Shown here: positions 22,201 to 34,100 of the stretch, in pieces
How the letters are laid out: each line of letters opens with the position of its first letter
Numbering within the stretch: position 1 is the first letter of the stretch
Source: Setoptus koraiensis
Taxonomy: Eukaryota > Animalia > Arthropoda
Length of the DNA stretch: 64,000 nt
Direction: 5' to 3'
Assembly: GCA_048013815.1 (NCBI GenBank)
Contig: CM106586.1
Location: forward strand, 22,940,001 to 23,004,000
Notes under the pieces: generated by a model
What the model saw: the letters and a program-made list of their open reading frames with translations, nothing else
Databases searched by the model: none
What the model was told of the DNA's origin: nothing
Translations under genes and position numbers: made by a program

Positions 22201-22532
22201 GTAGAGTCCCAAAGTAGTCGATCATCGGATAGTTCAATATTTTCTCTATCTAACTTTTTTGCTAAAATTAGCTGCTTTGTTGTCTGTTCTATAGACAGAG
22301 GCGGGATCATATCGAGCAACTTCAGATTTCCATTGTCAAGCCCATCACTTGTTGTTGACTTGGCTGCGTTAATGGGTTTCTCTGTCGACTTGAGATTTTT
22401 GTTGTTGCCCCTATTTGTTAATCCAGACCCAAATTGTTTCTTTTTGGACGAATCGAGAGACCTTATAGATGTAATGGTAGGCATCTTGATTGATAGTTCG
22501 ATATTGCCATTGCTAGAGGAATCTCCATTCAC
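16266..22532 (-). CDS. Non-classical cadherin, coding exon 2 (cadherin repeats, TM segment, very long low-complexity tail)
   Basis: Ca-binding motifs 'DENDNWPVF', 'AVDHD', 'IDYE', 'AKDQG', 'DEDDLPPYF', 'LDYE', 'DINDNNPEF'; TM 'FLVNLSTAIMLHLLVFIILITLA'. Acceptor ctaactgtgtccaaccAG|GTG AAT GGA GAT at 22533/22532. It resembles the insect Cad96Cb/Cad89D/Cad99C class, but exact orthology is not resolved. Confidence 0.88.
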   Translation of the reverse strand: MNGDSSSNGNIELSIKMPTITSIRSLDSSKKKQFGSGLTNRGNNKNLKSTEKPINAAKSTTSDGLDNGNLKLLDMIPPLSIEQTTKQLILAKKLDRENIELSDDRLLWDSTHQSASLTVYVKCQLRQPSHTFNVMSNESFNSVTTTSSNRLHQQQNQKLQPAPSILIPVHIIVTDENDNWPVFLNTPYIIDMNETISPGSVLPSNEIFAVDHDQHGPLSTIEYSLVDGCLWSSSFTFLNPLDARSLILTDSSHIDYETQSKLTLKIMAKDQGEPANWAITNVVINLFDEDDLPPYFNEDKYHAYIASNRPNEPIDVQPRRLLARDGDKTIQAPVIYSFHIKTNQSVHFDLESDSGKVTLRKMLPPSILQDQAPFCLLIKATQTDNPDRSSITILNVIPRAPLHGTPTTTTVSATVAPQSLQESKYLSTPSTSQNYYSSQAAQQATKTTTFRFSKSNYTIELSESAKLGSGLLISLKAKFYPIGSFIDEYDEDPTTRTPPRENGDDTAQTIGPNDPNISYQLLDNDSGYFRLDEQTGRLYLNRSLDYEFVTFLSVRVLATYTHDNSNNNNNNSNKVISTTSQQQYYGNNNGNTNNHQYPKINCDIARVNVKILDINDNNPEFSHDKYYFQISISDLISMFEPNSDYNRKYQQSSQTTTKSTEIDMQTMKAKHSPTATIMMDGEYFMEIGQIYCNDRDVNDKITLGLMGDKSNLFKLISSSGRLYLRLQNKTQQQLSRLLIEFSHLNYLKLRVTATDDGLTPGPRVSAAQILIRIVSIDNFVLHKTTNDIFNDDTLQIGYLGSDTRSSSATNKMGAFLLPSSNGKSFTPISNELVSSIMVPADKRSGGFSNNKNKSDIGLIHDLSSNNVGNPEVLAKNDGDPSNSTLSSDSDNDEAQKRSQQPSLLLIDEAGAKFITMTSSTIEALSRHNNIMSNAAVNKSQTNPDLATGSSEQNSSKADDGSSIRSRIGDFFHQLTSSTTSMDGPEKTRLMFLVNLSTAIMLHLLVFIILITLAMRVKAIRKGGSRLISSFSRAFRFGSSPPSGINHDRNHRVPMTASSTSKDLHSAFAINSDLHTYGANNATYGYSSEDSSEGSIGGGDTSAFASNNDDITQQNINIGGNTTRVCGVVVSAMCNVSSNLATNVNQLSSSTKTRSDIYRKDNIDNLYSHRDVLEKRGFFGQLQLSVGSIFSSLMSEGKSNTTLDLNNSIGKGQSLNSELSTHSVSPPNQLVVNSISGQVNDTIMIKPRQHHNDYHAANNFDASKDLHVTNFVGPRYSKMESTSPTMGGPRASNHYAVNSTSTFVGTSATSNSNNSSKVSPDSNYSSNCEITSDKQVISASSNHNDNNGFDAAAADQQSTKIHLPQTTTLVSVNGQLSQPSANTTVLDNCDLNKSEGLEHALLIKSSTSTSSLTSSTLSERITAAIEKADIDQGTFSDVSSLDSASFYNSSTLRQSKKSSQDSTRDPELSKKPPPPPPPPPPPQSITNLTNNNSRANQHSNLSSKEAAPQSGKTTDSFSINLDRSDLDVSSELSKRPQHPTHLKLQKNSVSHQLETIDCNESRTIMCKKMIPATTHTIYHVRSTAQFAPQIFSNQLINRDCSSTLPPKNVSPATSVDRGYESMQSNSPSVLLTNNKNTNPNCVNQLNTASILRKPPKDSPPTKQSYNNMTSNSIKSSSNIDLRDCSPDNDTVLDSQRLRSLSRIAKHQYVDNSDCNISPYSSKMVGPSCQAGTSGKVQILDHKRNSGCNNSGGNSSKTAVDNHHRVTPWRYAEFPEPIITNRTTDRKDLEDFIDTSYMKNGHVNREQTVGDDCIRNCNQRSRVRGRSSTLSLNRADNNQQQQRHQQHSSIRRSSCRTKSSSGNQQGKYTSDGTFKRDHNNKTVIDEYIPEEDDHKLMQGEEDDYFYYYDLDDTNDQYYQLQVNNNFNQPNNSLPESALNVHNKKEKALKNGVPKTAHDRHHYHHNHQQQYNTESDKRRTNTNTKDQRVSGKQHKSYQLNQVTSNRDSRNYNSSFVSDATVYNDDNSASLQIADDYNVDCNSEDYDNIYMGEHHYHDSNATHHNTSATQQHHNGVGNSKKTLTWFDQVEIT

Positions 22533-22754
22533 CTGGTTGGACACAGTTAGGGAGGAGGAGGATGTGTAGTGAGATAGACAGAAGTTAGTATTTGTTTTCT
22601 AGTTCCGTTGTTAGTCAATAACAATTGAATTTGTGAGGGAAAGCAGCGATTAAGTCAACTTTCTATTGTTCCACAAATTATAACTGTCGCTATAATTAAT
22701 GAATAAATATAATCGATTAATCAATTATGATATTGAGTCGACTGATTAATCGAT

Positions 22755-23254
22755 NNNNNNNNNNNNNNNNNNNNNNNNNNNNNNNNNNNNNNNNNNNNNN
22801 NNNNNNNNNNNNNNNNNNNNNNNNNNNNNNNNNNNNNNNNNNNNNNNNNNNNNNNNNNNNNNNNNNNNNNNNNNNNNNNNNNNNNNNNNNNNNNNNNNNN
22901 NNNNNNNNNNNNNNNNNNNNNNNNNNNNNNNNNNNNNNNNNNNNNNNNNNNNNNNNNNNNNNNNNNNNNNNNNNNNNNNNNNNNNNNNNNNNNNNNNNNN
23001 NNNNNNNNNNNNNNNNNNNNNNNNNNNNNNNNNNNNNNNNNNNNNNNNNNNNNNNNNNNNNNNNNNNNNNNNNNNNNNNNNNNNNNNNNNNNNNNNNNNN
23101 NNNNNNNNNNNNNNNNNNNNNNNNNNNNNNNNNNNNNNNNNNNNNNNNNNNNNNNNNNNNNNNNNNNNNNNNNNNNNNNNNNNNNNNNNNNNNNNNNNNN
23201 NNNNNNNNNNNNNNNNNNNNNNNNNNNNNNNNNNNNNNNNNNNNNNNNNNNNNN
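22755..23254. other. Assembly gap (500 N)
   Basis: Run of exactly 500 N; the true size is unknown. Confidence 1.
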
Positions 23255-26200
23255 TGCAGAAACTTGGATTGATGGCTCATTTGCCGACACAACAATTCTG
23301 GCACCTTTCTTTTTCACTCTACCTCGCTTCTCAGCTCGTAAGTGGTCTTAAATGTTTCTTGGAGCAAAAACCAACAAACCGTACCAATAAGTCGGAAGCT
23401 AGTTAGTTCATAACTTCTTAAAAGGTATTAAGGTTGAAGGTATAGTGGAAACGTTTGTAATCTGTTATGAGGAGCATCTACACAACTTTTTCTCCTCCAT
23501 TTCATGATTGTCTTGCCTTCATCATTTGCTGCTTTCTCATTAAGTCTGGATAATCGAGGCTAACCAACTCAATTAAATTGTAGCAAAATCTCTCGAGATC
23601 ATCATGTGTGCTGCTGGAAATTCTGGAATTTTTCTCCTTCTTTTTTCATTATATATCAGTTGCTACACTGACGCTCTTTGGTGATTAATTTATCCCATAA
23701 AACTGCACGCCATCCAAGAAAGAATCAAATCATCAGGGAGCTATCTCAATTAGAACTAGCTCCCTGGTGATAAAGGAGCGATTCAGAACTTCACTTTCCT
23801 TTTTGCCACTTTATTGCCTACTGGCCGAGGTGAAAGAATTCACAGTCCGCTAATCATGACAGCAAGCAGTTATTGTTGGACAATCCCTCTGATTGTAATC
23901 TAGCAATTCATTGTATAATAATGGATAGAAACATCGTTCGGCTAATATAACCAACTTGTGTGTAACTTTCTTTTTCAGATTCACTAAATGAGTTGCTATG
24001 AATATTTCTTTCTCTCTCTCTCTCTCTCTCTCACTCTTCCCCTCACTATTACACAACTAATACAACGGTAGCTATCGGGATGGTCATTTCTAGACTGATT
24101 TCCTATTCGCACGGTGATTAGTTATTAGCGAGAACATGATACCCAACAAGATAAAAGCCTTGGCGATAGTGGATAGTAAACTGATCATGTAACTCTAGAT
24201 ATACTTATACAAAGATGATGACCAAAGTCAGTAGTCTTTTGTTCGCTTCTTCAAACTGAAGATACAATAAAACAGAATTCTAAATTAGTAGTTTCAGATA
24301 GCAATCTCGCCCTATTATACGGAGCTTCCATTCTCAGCTTTCGGAACAACAACCAGATCGACGTTGTTACTACCACTGCTGCTTTTTGGGCACTATTAAT
24401 TGCAATCTATCATCATATTTACCTTGAGGGCGCGACTAGGGATCCAACAAAACAAATGACTATAATTTTGCTTTCTCGTTCTTTGGGGAGGCTCGTATGA
24501 GAGAACTTTTTCAATTAATTGATCATCATGATGATGCCATAAATGATAGCTCAAGCACATTTCTGTGACTCATTGCACATATTTCATCATAACTTTTCGA
24601 TGATATAACATGTTTCTCTCATGTAAATGCTACTGGCTACTACTGGTTATGACGTCTATGTGTGTGATTTCTCATGCAAGTGTTGGGTTTATTATGTAGC
24701 TGGCAAGATTGTTATCAATTGTATAATGTTGCAAATCACATCCAACTGGCTATCGGTACTTTTCAAGCAGCTATAAAAAAAGAAGGGAGAAGATAACTAT
24801 GTTTGAACAGCCATCTAAATAAAGCAACAGGTAATAGATACAGGCTTTCTCCGTAGTCACCTGATAGCATGCTGCATCATAACTCAACTTTATACTTTTG
24901 CCGATACCTCGATAATATCACGATGATAATATGATTTCAGCAAAGAATCAGTTCTCACAACCCAATGACAAAGCAATGCATCCGTTCTCAACTAATCAGG
25001 ATTCACCATAGTTGATAGCAGTGATTGGCTAAGCAAGATACAAATCCATTAGTATCATCATAATGAGTTTGTTATCTGTCGAATTGATCAATAGCAATTG
25101 TAGCACAGTTATCGAGCAAATAAATTAGCACTCTGTAATACAATAATAGTATCATAGATTAGATTGAGTTTCATCAGTGGTTAGTATTCATGGGATAATG
25201 AGCATTTGCTATTGGAACGGTCAACAGATACAGTAGATATCACAGTGCATCGTATTGTGCATAGCTCGAATCATATGAGCGATCTTGCTCAACAACGTGT
25301 TGTTTTGCTTACAAGTTGGTCTCAGAGAGTCATATCGGTCAAGCCGCATCTGATCTACAAGAGGTTAAAATGCTGCAGTTGATTAACAGCAACGGTGGGA
25401 CTGATGCTCATCCGGTTGCTTATCCCAATCTCTTCTGACTACAGTATTACTGTACGGTCTATCCGAGTGGCAAACAAATTCCGACTCTCAGGGATCTATC
25501 CTCCATCAACAATAGTCTTGTTGGGCGTTGACCAATATTTGCCAAGACAAACTACATAATATGGGCTGCCATTAGCTTATGCGAGCTATCATTACCCAGC
25601 CACAGAGAAGGGCATGATTTATTTGCAAACATTTTTGGACACGGTCAATATCTAAAGGTATTACTACCGTTTTCTTGATCAATTATTGTCGTGGTTTCTC
25701 TTGATGCAATGAATAATTATATGCGGCATTCTGCATTATGAACAGAGGCTATGCTTGCTCTGCAACAGCCTTTGGCTGATAATGATATCTCTGCTGCAAC
25801 ATATCAATCAAGGTAACTGTTATGCAAATAAACTCGTATCAGTTCCTGTCGATATCGTACGATAACTGCTTTGCAAGATTGAAGGGTCACAGATGATGAA
25901 ATTGGGTTAATCTTCGCAGAAACTCTCATCTTCATGCTGTGGTCATCCAGTTTAATGGACCTCCATTCTGCAATCATTGTTTTACATAACTTGTATAATA
26001 TGTAGTTTTCTTGTTATCATTGGTAAAAGATAATAAATCAAGCCGAAGAGAGTCTCATTATTTTTACTTTCTCGGAGCGTAGCAACTGAAACAATGCTAC
26101 AACTTTAACGAAGATTCAAGTTGTTCTGCCTCAGGCATTGGATGCAATAAATAAAAATAGTAAAAGAAATAAGACAACTTGTTTTTAAAAATTTTCCAAG

Positions 26201-28075
26201 ATACAAACTACTTGCTAGAAACAGACAGTTTGTCTAATTAGATTTGTTTGCTTTCAGATCGAGCCAAAGAATGGTCTTGATGATTATATACCAAGCAGCG
26301 GTTATTTGCAGTTGCATGCTCATGACATTCCAATAAATAAATCAGCAAATATGATTTGATCGGATAATAATTTGGTAATGATAATAGTTTGGCCATATCA
26401 TTTGCTCTAAATCATTGGTAGCAGCAGATGATTGTCTCGATCCATCTCATTGCCTATTTGTATTGGCCTATCAGAGAACTCAGCGACCGTAGTCGCTGAG
26501 TTAATTACCTGAGGCTTAGTAAAATGGCTTCGAGTTTGTGTTGCTTATGAAACATGAAAGACAGACAGTAATCAACGTACACATGGTCTGGCGATTATTT
26601 TAGTCCCTGAGACAGTCAGGACATTAATCGCATTGGCAGCGAGTTGCGCTCAGACCAGGTGTCTTTTTGTAACAAATTGATCGCCACACTGGACGATCGG
26701 GTGGATCTGAGATTAGGCAATTTGGCATTGCAAGGGCAAACTCGTTGATGGGGTGCGCGATGTTCGTGAATTCCGTTGGACTAAATAAATGCTTACAGAT
26801 TAGGTGCTTACCGTGTCAATATATGCATAGGATTAAATTGATTTGTTTGACGATTTTAAGGTTACGCAAAGTGTCGGTGTACTGTTTCCCTGGCCCTGTC
26901 ATTCGTGTAACTTATCATTTAATGATTGGCTTAATTCAAGTGGCGCTCGTCACCGAAGTTGATGGTGGGCGCCGCTTCAGGCTGGCAACCAATTGAATGT
27001 TTTACCCTACACACCATCGAGTCGATTGGCTGTATTTAATCAACGCCATTTGGCGTATTTGTCTCGTATTTGGCGTTGGCGTAATCCTGCCCTCTGCTCG
27101 CTTGTTCAGTTTGTTCAGTTTGATCAGTTTGGCCTCAGAAGCCACTTAGCAATTGGAAATCTCCATCTTTTTTCCTGTCTTGCTGTCCCCTCGAACGGAT
27201 CGAATGTGTTTTTGTCTCATCGTTGGACAACAAATATTTTTGTTGTTAGTGCAGCGGAGCTTGTCAAACAGCGGCCCACAAAAAAAACTTGAATTGTCCC
27301 TGGTGCTGATTAGTGTAACTATCATCAATCAGCGATCCAGTGGAATGCGATTGAAAAAATTGGCCAGATTATTACTCTTTTGCCGAGCGCACTGCAAGAA
27401 CGATAAATAATTGGGAGTGTGCAAAAGGTTATTCAATCCAATGCAGTGCAGCGCAACAGCAATATCGGCACAGTAGCAGCGCACTGGTTGTGTGTGTCGT
27501 CAGTGCAACCAATAAAGTTGCGCTGTTACAGTGTGAGTGCGGAAGCGAGTTGATTATGGTGAAAAATGAATTCACACCAAGTCGACAAACGAGCAGCAGC
27601 GCATTGCGTTCATGCGCTCCCAAGTTGTGAGCATCAAGTTGGCCAATGATACAAGTATCATTATTACTGCACGGCAACCATCTTGATTTTGGCTGTACAT
27701 TGTGTGTTGATGGCGTACGATTGTTCGCCGTTCTACCATTGGCTACCGCCAGCCATTGCTCAATTGGTTGCATGTCGGCAGTAATGTGAGTGCTCACAAT
27801 GTGCGAGCGAACTGCAGACGAACTAACGAATCAACAATGGACACATTGGTACAATTAAAAGATTCGACCGCCAGAGATTTGTGAGGGGCGCGCTGTAGCT
27901 TGTTGCTGAGGACATGGCACGCTGTTGAGGCATGGGTTGCCTGCGTGGCTTTGCTGTGCCGGGCCTATAAGCGTGCCGATGCAGTCGGACCAACTGGCGA
28001 GTGTTGCCCGAGGGACACGTTGCAAACACTGCGCGACAAAACACGCCGGTTGCGCCCGGTTCGTTTGACAACAGT

Positions 28076-28137
28076 CACGCTGAAAAGTTCGATCCGTCCA
28101 CTATAACGTGAAACGGATCGAACTTTTTGGCGGCGTG
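28076..28137. ncRNA. Candidate pre-miRNA-like hairpin
   Basis: Perfect 15-bp inverted repeat AAAAGTTCGATCCGT (28083-28097) / ACGGATCGAACTTTT (28113-28127), extendable by G:U and G:C pairs, with CAC/GTG pairing inside the loop. Confidence 0.35.
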
Positions 28138-31100
28138 CTCCGTCACAACTGTGTCGCACTGTTGTGTGAGCGTACCCATTGGAGCGTCTTGTCGATAATG
28201 GGCCGCAACACACAGAGAACGTGCCTTTGTGCACTATGTCTACGATTGTTGCAATTTAAGATGGCCGTCCGCGAGACAATCATGCTCTACACACACTGGA
28301 CACTGGATCTAATTAGAGAATTGTCGTCTTGCAGCAAATCGCTTGGTAGCTCGCTGTTGCTCTCATCGAAATAAGATGACATCATCATCTGAAATAAATG
28401 ACTGCATCATCTCACTGTGTCTCGGCCGGCATTAATATCAAGCCAGCATCAATATCAAGCCAACAGTTTTTTGGACACTGGCCAATGGCGCGCAACGATC
28501 AAGGACCTATCTCACAGTTATGGCATTCACCTCAGTTGCAATGTCATAAACATGCCAGACTAGACCAGTCTGTCAACTGAGTTCATTGTATCATTGATAT
28601 TATTACTGCATGTTGCTCGACGGGAAGATGACGACACAACACAGACCAATAAACCACAAAGCAATGACAACACCATCAAGGCAATCTCTCGTTGTCATTG
28701 TTGCTGCTGCTGCTGCTGTTGCTGTTGTAGGAATTAAAACAAGCAGTGCAGCCTAAACTGCACTGGCCATCCGATGATTGATTCTATGATACAACAATTG
28801 AGAATCATCTTGATTATTACGAAAAAGATTGTGGACAGCCGCCTGACCAAGCGACCAACAATGCAGTGCTATAGTCGACAGGCAGCATTCAATCGGCTCT
28901 TTAGGCCAACACATACCAACTATCATCAACTTGATACGTAGTTTCACGTCAAATAATTTTCCATCGGCAATGGCATAATAATAATGACAACAACAACAAC
29001 AACAACAACAAGGACAACCAAGAACAATTGACGACAACCTACGGCAATTGGCACATTCTTGCAAAAGTACCACCACCTGTTCTTGTCACCGCTGCCACGG
29101 CGAACTGCTCAAACTGTGTTACTGTTGCGTCATTAAGCCATCACACTGCCGTCATTGCTCAATAGATACGCACTCCAAAAACGCCATAAAATGGTCAATT
29201 GTTGTTGTCTAGTCACATTGGGACAAATAACCATTTATATCTATTTACTTTCTACTTAATTATCTTTTATTCTCTATTCTACCTGTGTTGCTGTATCAAG
29301 AGCTCCGAGATGATCTAGGCACCATGCTACTGTAATACAAACATGATCAGAAAGAAAAAACAACATGAGCGTTTATGCAGTAGGACACACAACCAAAAAG
29401 GTACATCGTTGATGCTGAAAATGAAAACTCGATTTCGTTTTACTAAATCACCAGCCTGACAAAAGCCCGAAAAATCCACTGTTGATCTAGTTTTGTTTGC
29501 AATCAACTCGATTAAATCAAGTTCGATTCACTGTCTACAGGAGTTGGAAAACCTCAAAGATTGATTCTGTCTTGACAATTCAGTACATGATGCAACATTG
29601 TCAACTCACACTGTCTTACAAATCATCATCTACAGTTACAAGTGAATGATTTGGTTAGACTTGATTCTGACCTTACGATCTCTCTCCATTCCAATGTTAC
29701 ATTGCTATGATAGAGAAAGCTCTTATGATAGCAAGCACTGTAGTCGTAGATTTTCTAACACTGCCAGAAAGAGCGGGGATTATTTCGACAATGAGATGGT
29801 TAGCAAGAAAGCTAAAAAGAGAATCTCATCATCAGCAACGAAAATCTTGCATGCTGATGAGCATCTTGGACATTAAGCAACAATGCCCAGTTAAAGACAG
29901 ATAGACCAAACTTTGGTGCCAACGATTGTTACTAGAAGTTTACAATGAACTACTTGATAAGCAATGACAGGAGCAGCAGATATCCTGTAGAAATGCACCT
30001 GTCTCGAACGATGATCGATGATACAAATCGAGAAAAAAAAATTAAAATAGACTGAACTTGATTTGGACACAAAACAAAAGAAGCAGAATGACTCACCCTG
30101 TAAAATCACCTTCCATTGCTCGAGTAGAATTGCGAGCTGTCAGTGCAAAAGAAAATATAAGTAAGGTTCAAATGAAACCAGTTGGGTCAATTTTTAATAT
30201 ACTAAAATGACCAAGGTAGAATGCTGATACAATGCACCGAGTTGCCGACTATTTATGCTTGATCATATCAGCGGTCATCGATTTACAGCCCCATCTAAAT
30301 GACACAGGCACTTGAGGATCATCCGTTCGCCGGGAGCTACGCATTCTTTTGGCTTGTCTCAATTAAAATGGTCAATGTACTAAATGATGTTTGTCAGTTG
30401 ATAGAGTTTAAGTATTTCACGGTTCCACGAGAACGAAGTGTTAAAAGTTATAACATTGCATAAACTAAAATGATATCTGCAAATTCAAATGTTTTCCACT
30501 CTGATATGAGTCTGTCTTTGATTTTATTTGATCAAACTTGAATAGTATTAGACAGTTATATGGCTATTTAATGGCGAGACATAGAGAGGGCAGTCGATAA
30601 AATGTAGATGAATGACGTCCAGTCGGACCTAAGTAGCTTCTAAAATGTTAACAATCAACAACAATAACAATAACCAGAGATAAAACAGACCGGATAACAA
30701 AGGAACAGTAGAAAGATCTTACTTTCTTTTTTTCTCTTTTTGATTTGACGAATTAAACATGGATTTGATGACCATCAACACCAGCAACAACATTGTGATT
30801 TCTGTTAGCAACTAAACTTACTGTATGGCCTGTGATACAGCGAGCTACAAGTTAATGATATGCGCATAATTTTTCACAACTGAACATTAACATAGTTTAA
30901 GTGAGCTGCAAATGGATAGAATTGTTTTAGCTCGCCAGACTTGCGCTTAGAATCGTTGGGTGTGCGCTTGTTTCGACTTGCAATTACCTATCTGATCGAA
31001 TGTAAAGCTGGTGCATCGAATTATTATCGGCAGTATGTCCTACTGGATGACGTAGATGGTCGTGGACACCGCTGCATCAATACTACAGTCAAACCATCTG

Positions 31101-34100
31101 TTAACAACTGATGCTCGTGCATACCATGTTCCTAGGTAATTGGAGCATGTGGAAATAGCATCAATATCAAGTCCATGGTATAGCTGGCAGCAATGGACAG
31201 TATATAGTGCAACTATGTTTGATTACATAATTAGAAAGACGAGCTAGATGTTAGCTGGAGAACACATATTCTGTACAGTGAGAGAGATACATTTGTTGAA
31301 TCCAATTAATCGAGTAAAGAAAGAATTAGTCTTAATTGCACCGGCACGACTATCACACACAGCCTGACCAATGACTCTCTCCTCTTACAGCTTCATTCTA
31401 ACATCTTACATGTTAGCGTTCTTGTTTCAGACCACTCTCGTCCTCTATTTTACCAAGGAATGATAGTGTTGGCGACTTCTAATTCAGCTGTAGATCATTC
31501 TAACGATTCAACGAAGTAGCAGCAGCAGCAACAAGTTACTTAGACATGAATGAAGAAGAAATCCTCCAGTGTCAGCTGCTGATATGCGCCTTCCTAATAT
31601 CTCTTTGAAATACATATTTCTTGATCTGTCTACGAAAAGAGAAACCGAAAAGAGAAACCTCTCACACAACGGTCCAGTATACAAGGATACAACTGATCTA
31701 GCGGCGATGGTATGGCGTAACACATAGTAACAAGGTAATTTCTCTTATTAGATTGAGCTGTCAACAATGTGTGATATTCCTACATGAGGAATGAATATAT
31801 GATGCTGCTGGCGTTAACAAGTACAAGTTGTAGCTGTAATGTTGCCTGAGTTAGTCAGATTGCAAATAAGAATTTATGTGCCGATGTGCCGAGAAGAGAG
31901 AAAAGAAAGAGTTGCTGACCAAAGAAAAGATAGTTTGTATACTGTATTACTTATGCGATCATACATCCATTCAGACATGCGATAATCAACAGCAAAGTAG
32001 ACAGCAACAACGGTAACTAGTGAATGTAAATGTGTTGATGAGACAAGAAAACGATTCTTCAATTGGGATGAAGTCCATGATGGATACTCGACTCAGTGCT
32101 ATCGCCGAAGAATCAAGTTGACCGTCTTACAAGTGGCTAAATTGAGCCCATATTAGATTAAAGAATTAAATTTTTTTCTTTGCCTTGTAATTTCAACATT
32201 TATCTATGAGGTAATGATTAAGAAAGTTATTCAATAATATCTTTCTTTCATCAACATTCAATCTATCCATCAGATGATACAGAATGATGTCAGCGACTTA
32301 AATTGAATTGCTTTCATCAATGACAGGTAGTTTTTCATTCATTGATAATATCAAAAGAGAACGAACTGCGAGACAAGCATTGCTACTCTGTTAGTCAGCT
32401 TGATTTAGCGTACCCTGGATGGCCAGATAAAAGATTGGGCCAATAACAGTGTTAAAGTGAAGCTTTGTTGTTGTTAACACAATAAATCTCCAGTGAGCAA
32501 GAATCGTCCGGGATTGTCGTTCCCGAGTGATGTGTAAAGCTTACAAACAATATGAAGAATGCCACACATCATGCCTCTTGGATACCACTATATATGCTCG
32601 TAGTCATCATGTAAAAAAATACTGCTGGGTAATGATGATAATTCCTTGGACAAATGATTATAGTCCCATTTCTGTTAAATTTACTGGTCGAGTTGATACA
32701 TGTATTATGAAGTCTCAACAACTTGTATACATTGAATGCAGATAGGCATGACACAACAAGGTGAATCTTCAACCAACATATTGTTTAAATTTAAAATTTA
32801 GTTCAATCGGAGACGAAATGATGGATGCGACTCTTAATCGGTCACTAATCAGGGTCGATGGTTGTTCACTCTCATTGCTGACGAGACTGAAAGTATACCG
32901 TGCGCGTCCCGTTATTTTTATCCGAACTAGCAATAGACCAGCAGATAGGAGGCAAAAGAAACCGTTTACTGTATAACTTATCCATTTGTAACCTCGGATA
33001 CAGTTCTAACTGAAACCATTATTATGGAGGAGCAGAATCAATATCAACAGACGAACAATCAGAATTGCCATATTAACTAGCAATCTGATAAAATTTGCAT
33101 AAGTGTCATGGTGTCCATCATCAAAGCCAAACTTATGATGGTCCATGTTATATTTATTCTTGACCATCATGTTGGCTTTTTTTAGACATCTACTCATGTA
33201 ACTTGAAAGGTTGCGCTCGTGAATCGCACACATACTCGCCAGCTTCTTTCTTATCATGCGAAACTGAGGCACTTGACATTACACAAAGGCAAAGTAAGAT
33301 AGTGAGAAAAAGACATGGTCATAGATTCGAGTGGAAGGCGCCATAAGACATTCGAAATAATCATCAACTATTAAAAGACTATTATGGCTATTCTTTTCTA
33401 GTTGCGCAACGGATCGCTTCTCTATCAATCGCAACTTGGTATTTTGGAAATAGCGATGGCTTCTTGCTCACGCTTGCACATACACGAAACGAGAAATAAA
33501 AGCTTGATCGTCTTCATCTCACAAATAATGCGACCTCAAATCTATTTATTCGTCAGTCGAACTGAGTCTCTATTCTTATAACGATGAAGGCAACTTTCGA
33601 GCCTTCGGAAACTAGATCAGGCCGCATGAATCATCATGGAGTGTCGCGCAACGTTGTTGACGTTTTCAAGCGGAAAAATATGCAAAGTTTGTGTAACACC
33701 ACCATACTCATATGCAAATATCTGCTACGAGGGTGGCCGGCCCGAAATAACCAAAAATATATCACTATGCTATCTAGTCTTGTCTATGCAAAGAAGTTAG
33801 CCAGTGGCCCTCTGATGGCCAGACACACGCAGACACAAAATATTAATAGATCAATAATCGATTATAATGAGAGCAAAATGAGTGCAGTGTCAGTTTAAGT
33901 AATGGTCCTTAAACTAACTTCTAACTGACCATCATTCTCTTTGGAGTGAGCTTTTTTAGTTGTACCGCTTATTAGCAGATGCATAGTGTGGTCTGAGTGG
34001 AAGGCAGATGAGCCTGGTCTAGTTTAGTTTAAATTCTTTCCTCGGGTTTTCATTCTCTCTATTTCCATTGAGCAGATAGACAAAACTTGAAATAAATGAG

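Noticed and set aside
22717-23317. Three 181-198 aa ORFs in the track
   Set aside because: They are artefacts of translating the 500-N gap.
29646-33898. Short intronic ORFs (29646-29876, 33006-33272, 33584-33898) as nested genes
   Set aside because: No recognisable motifs or linked splice structure; their lengths are compatible with chance.
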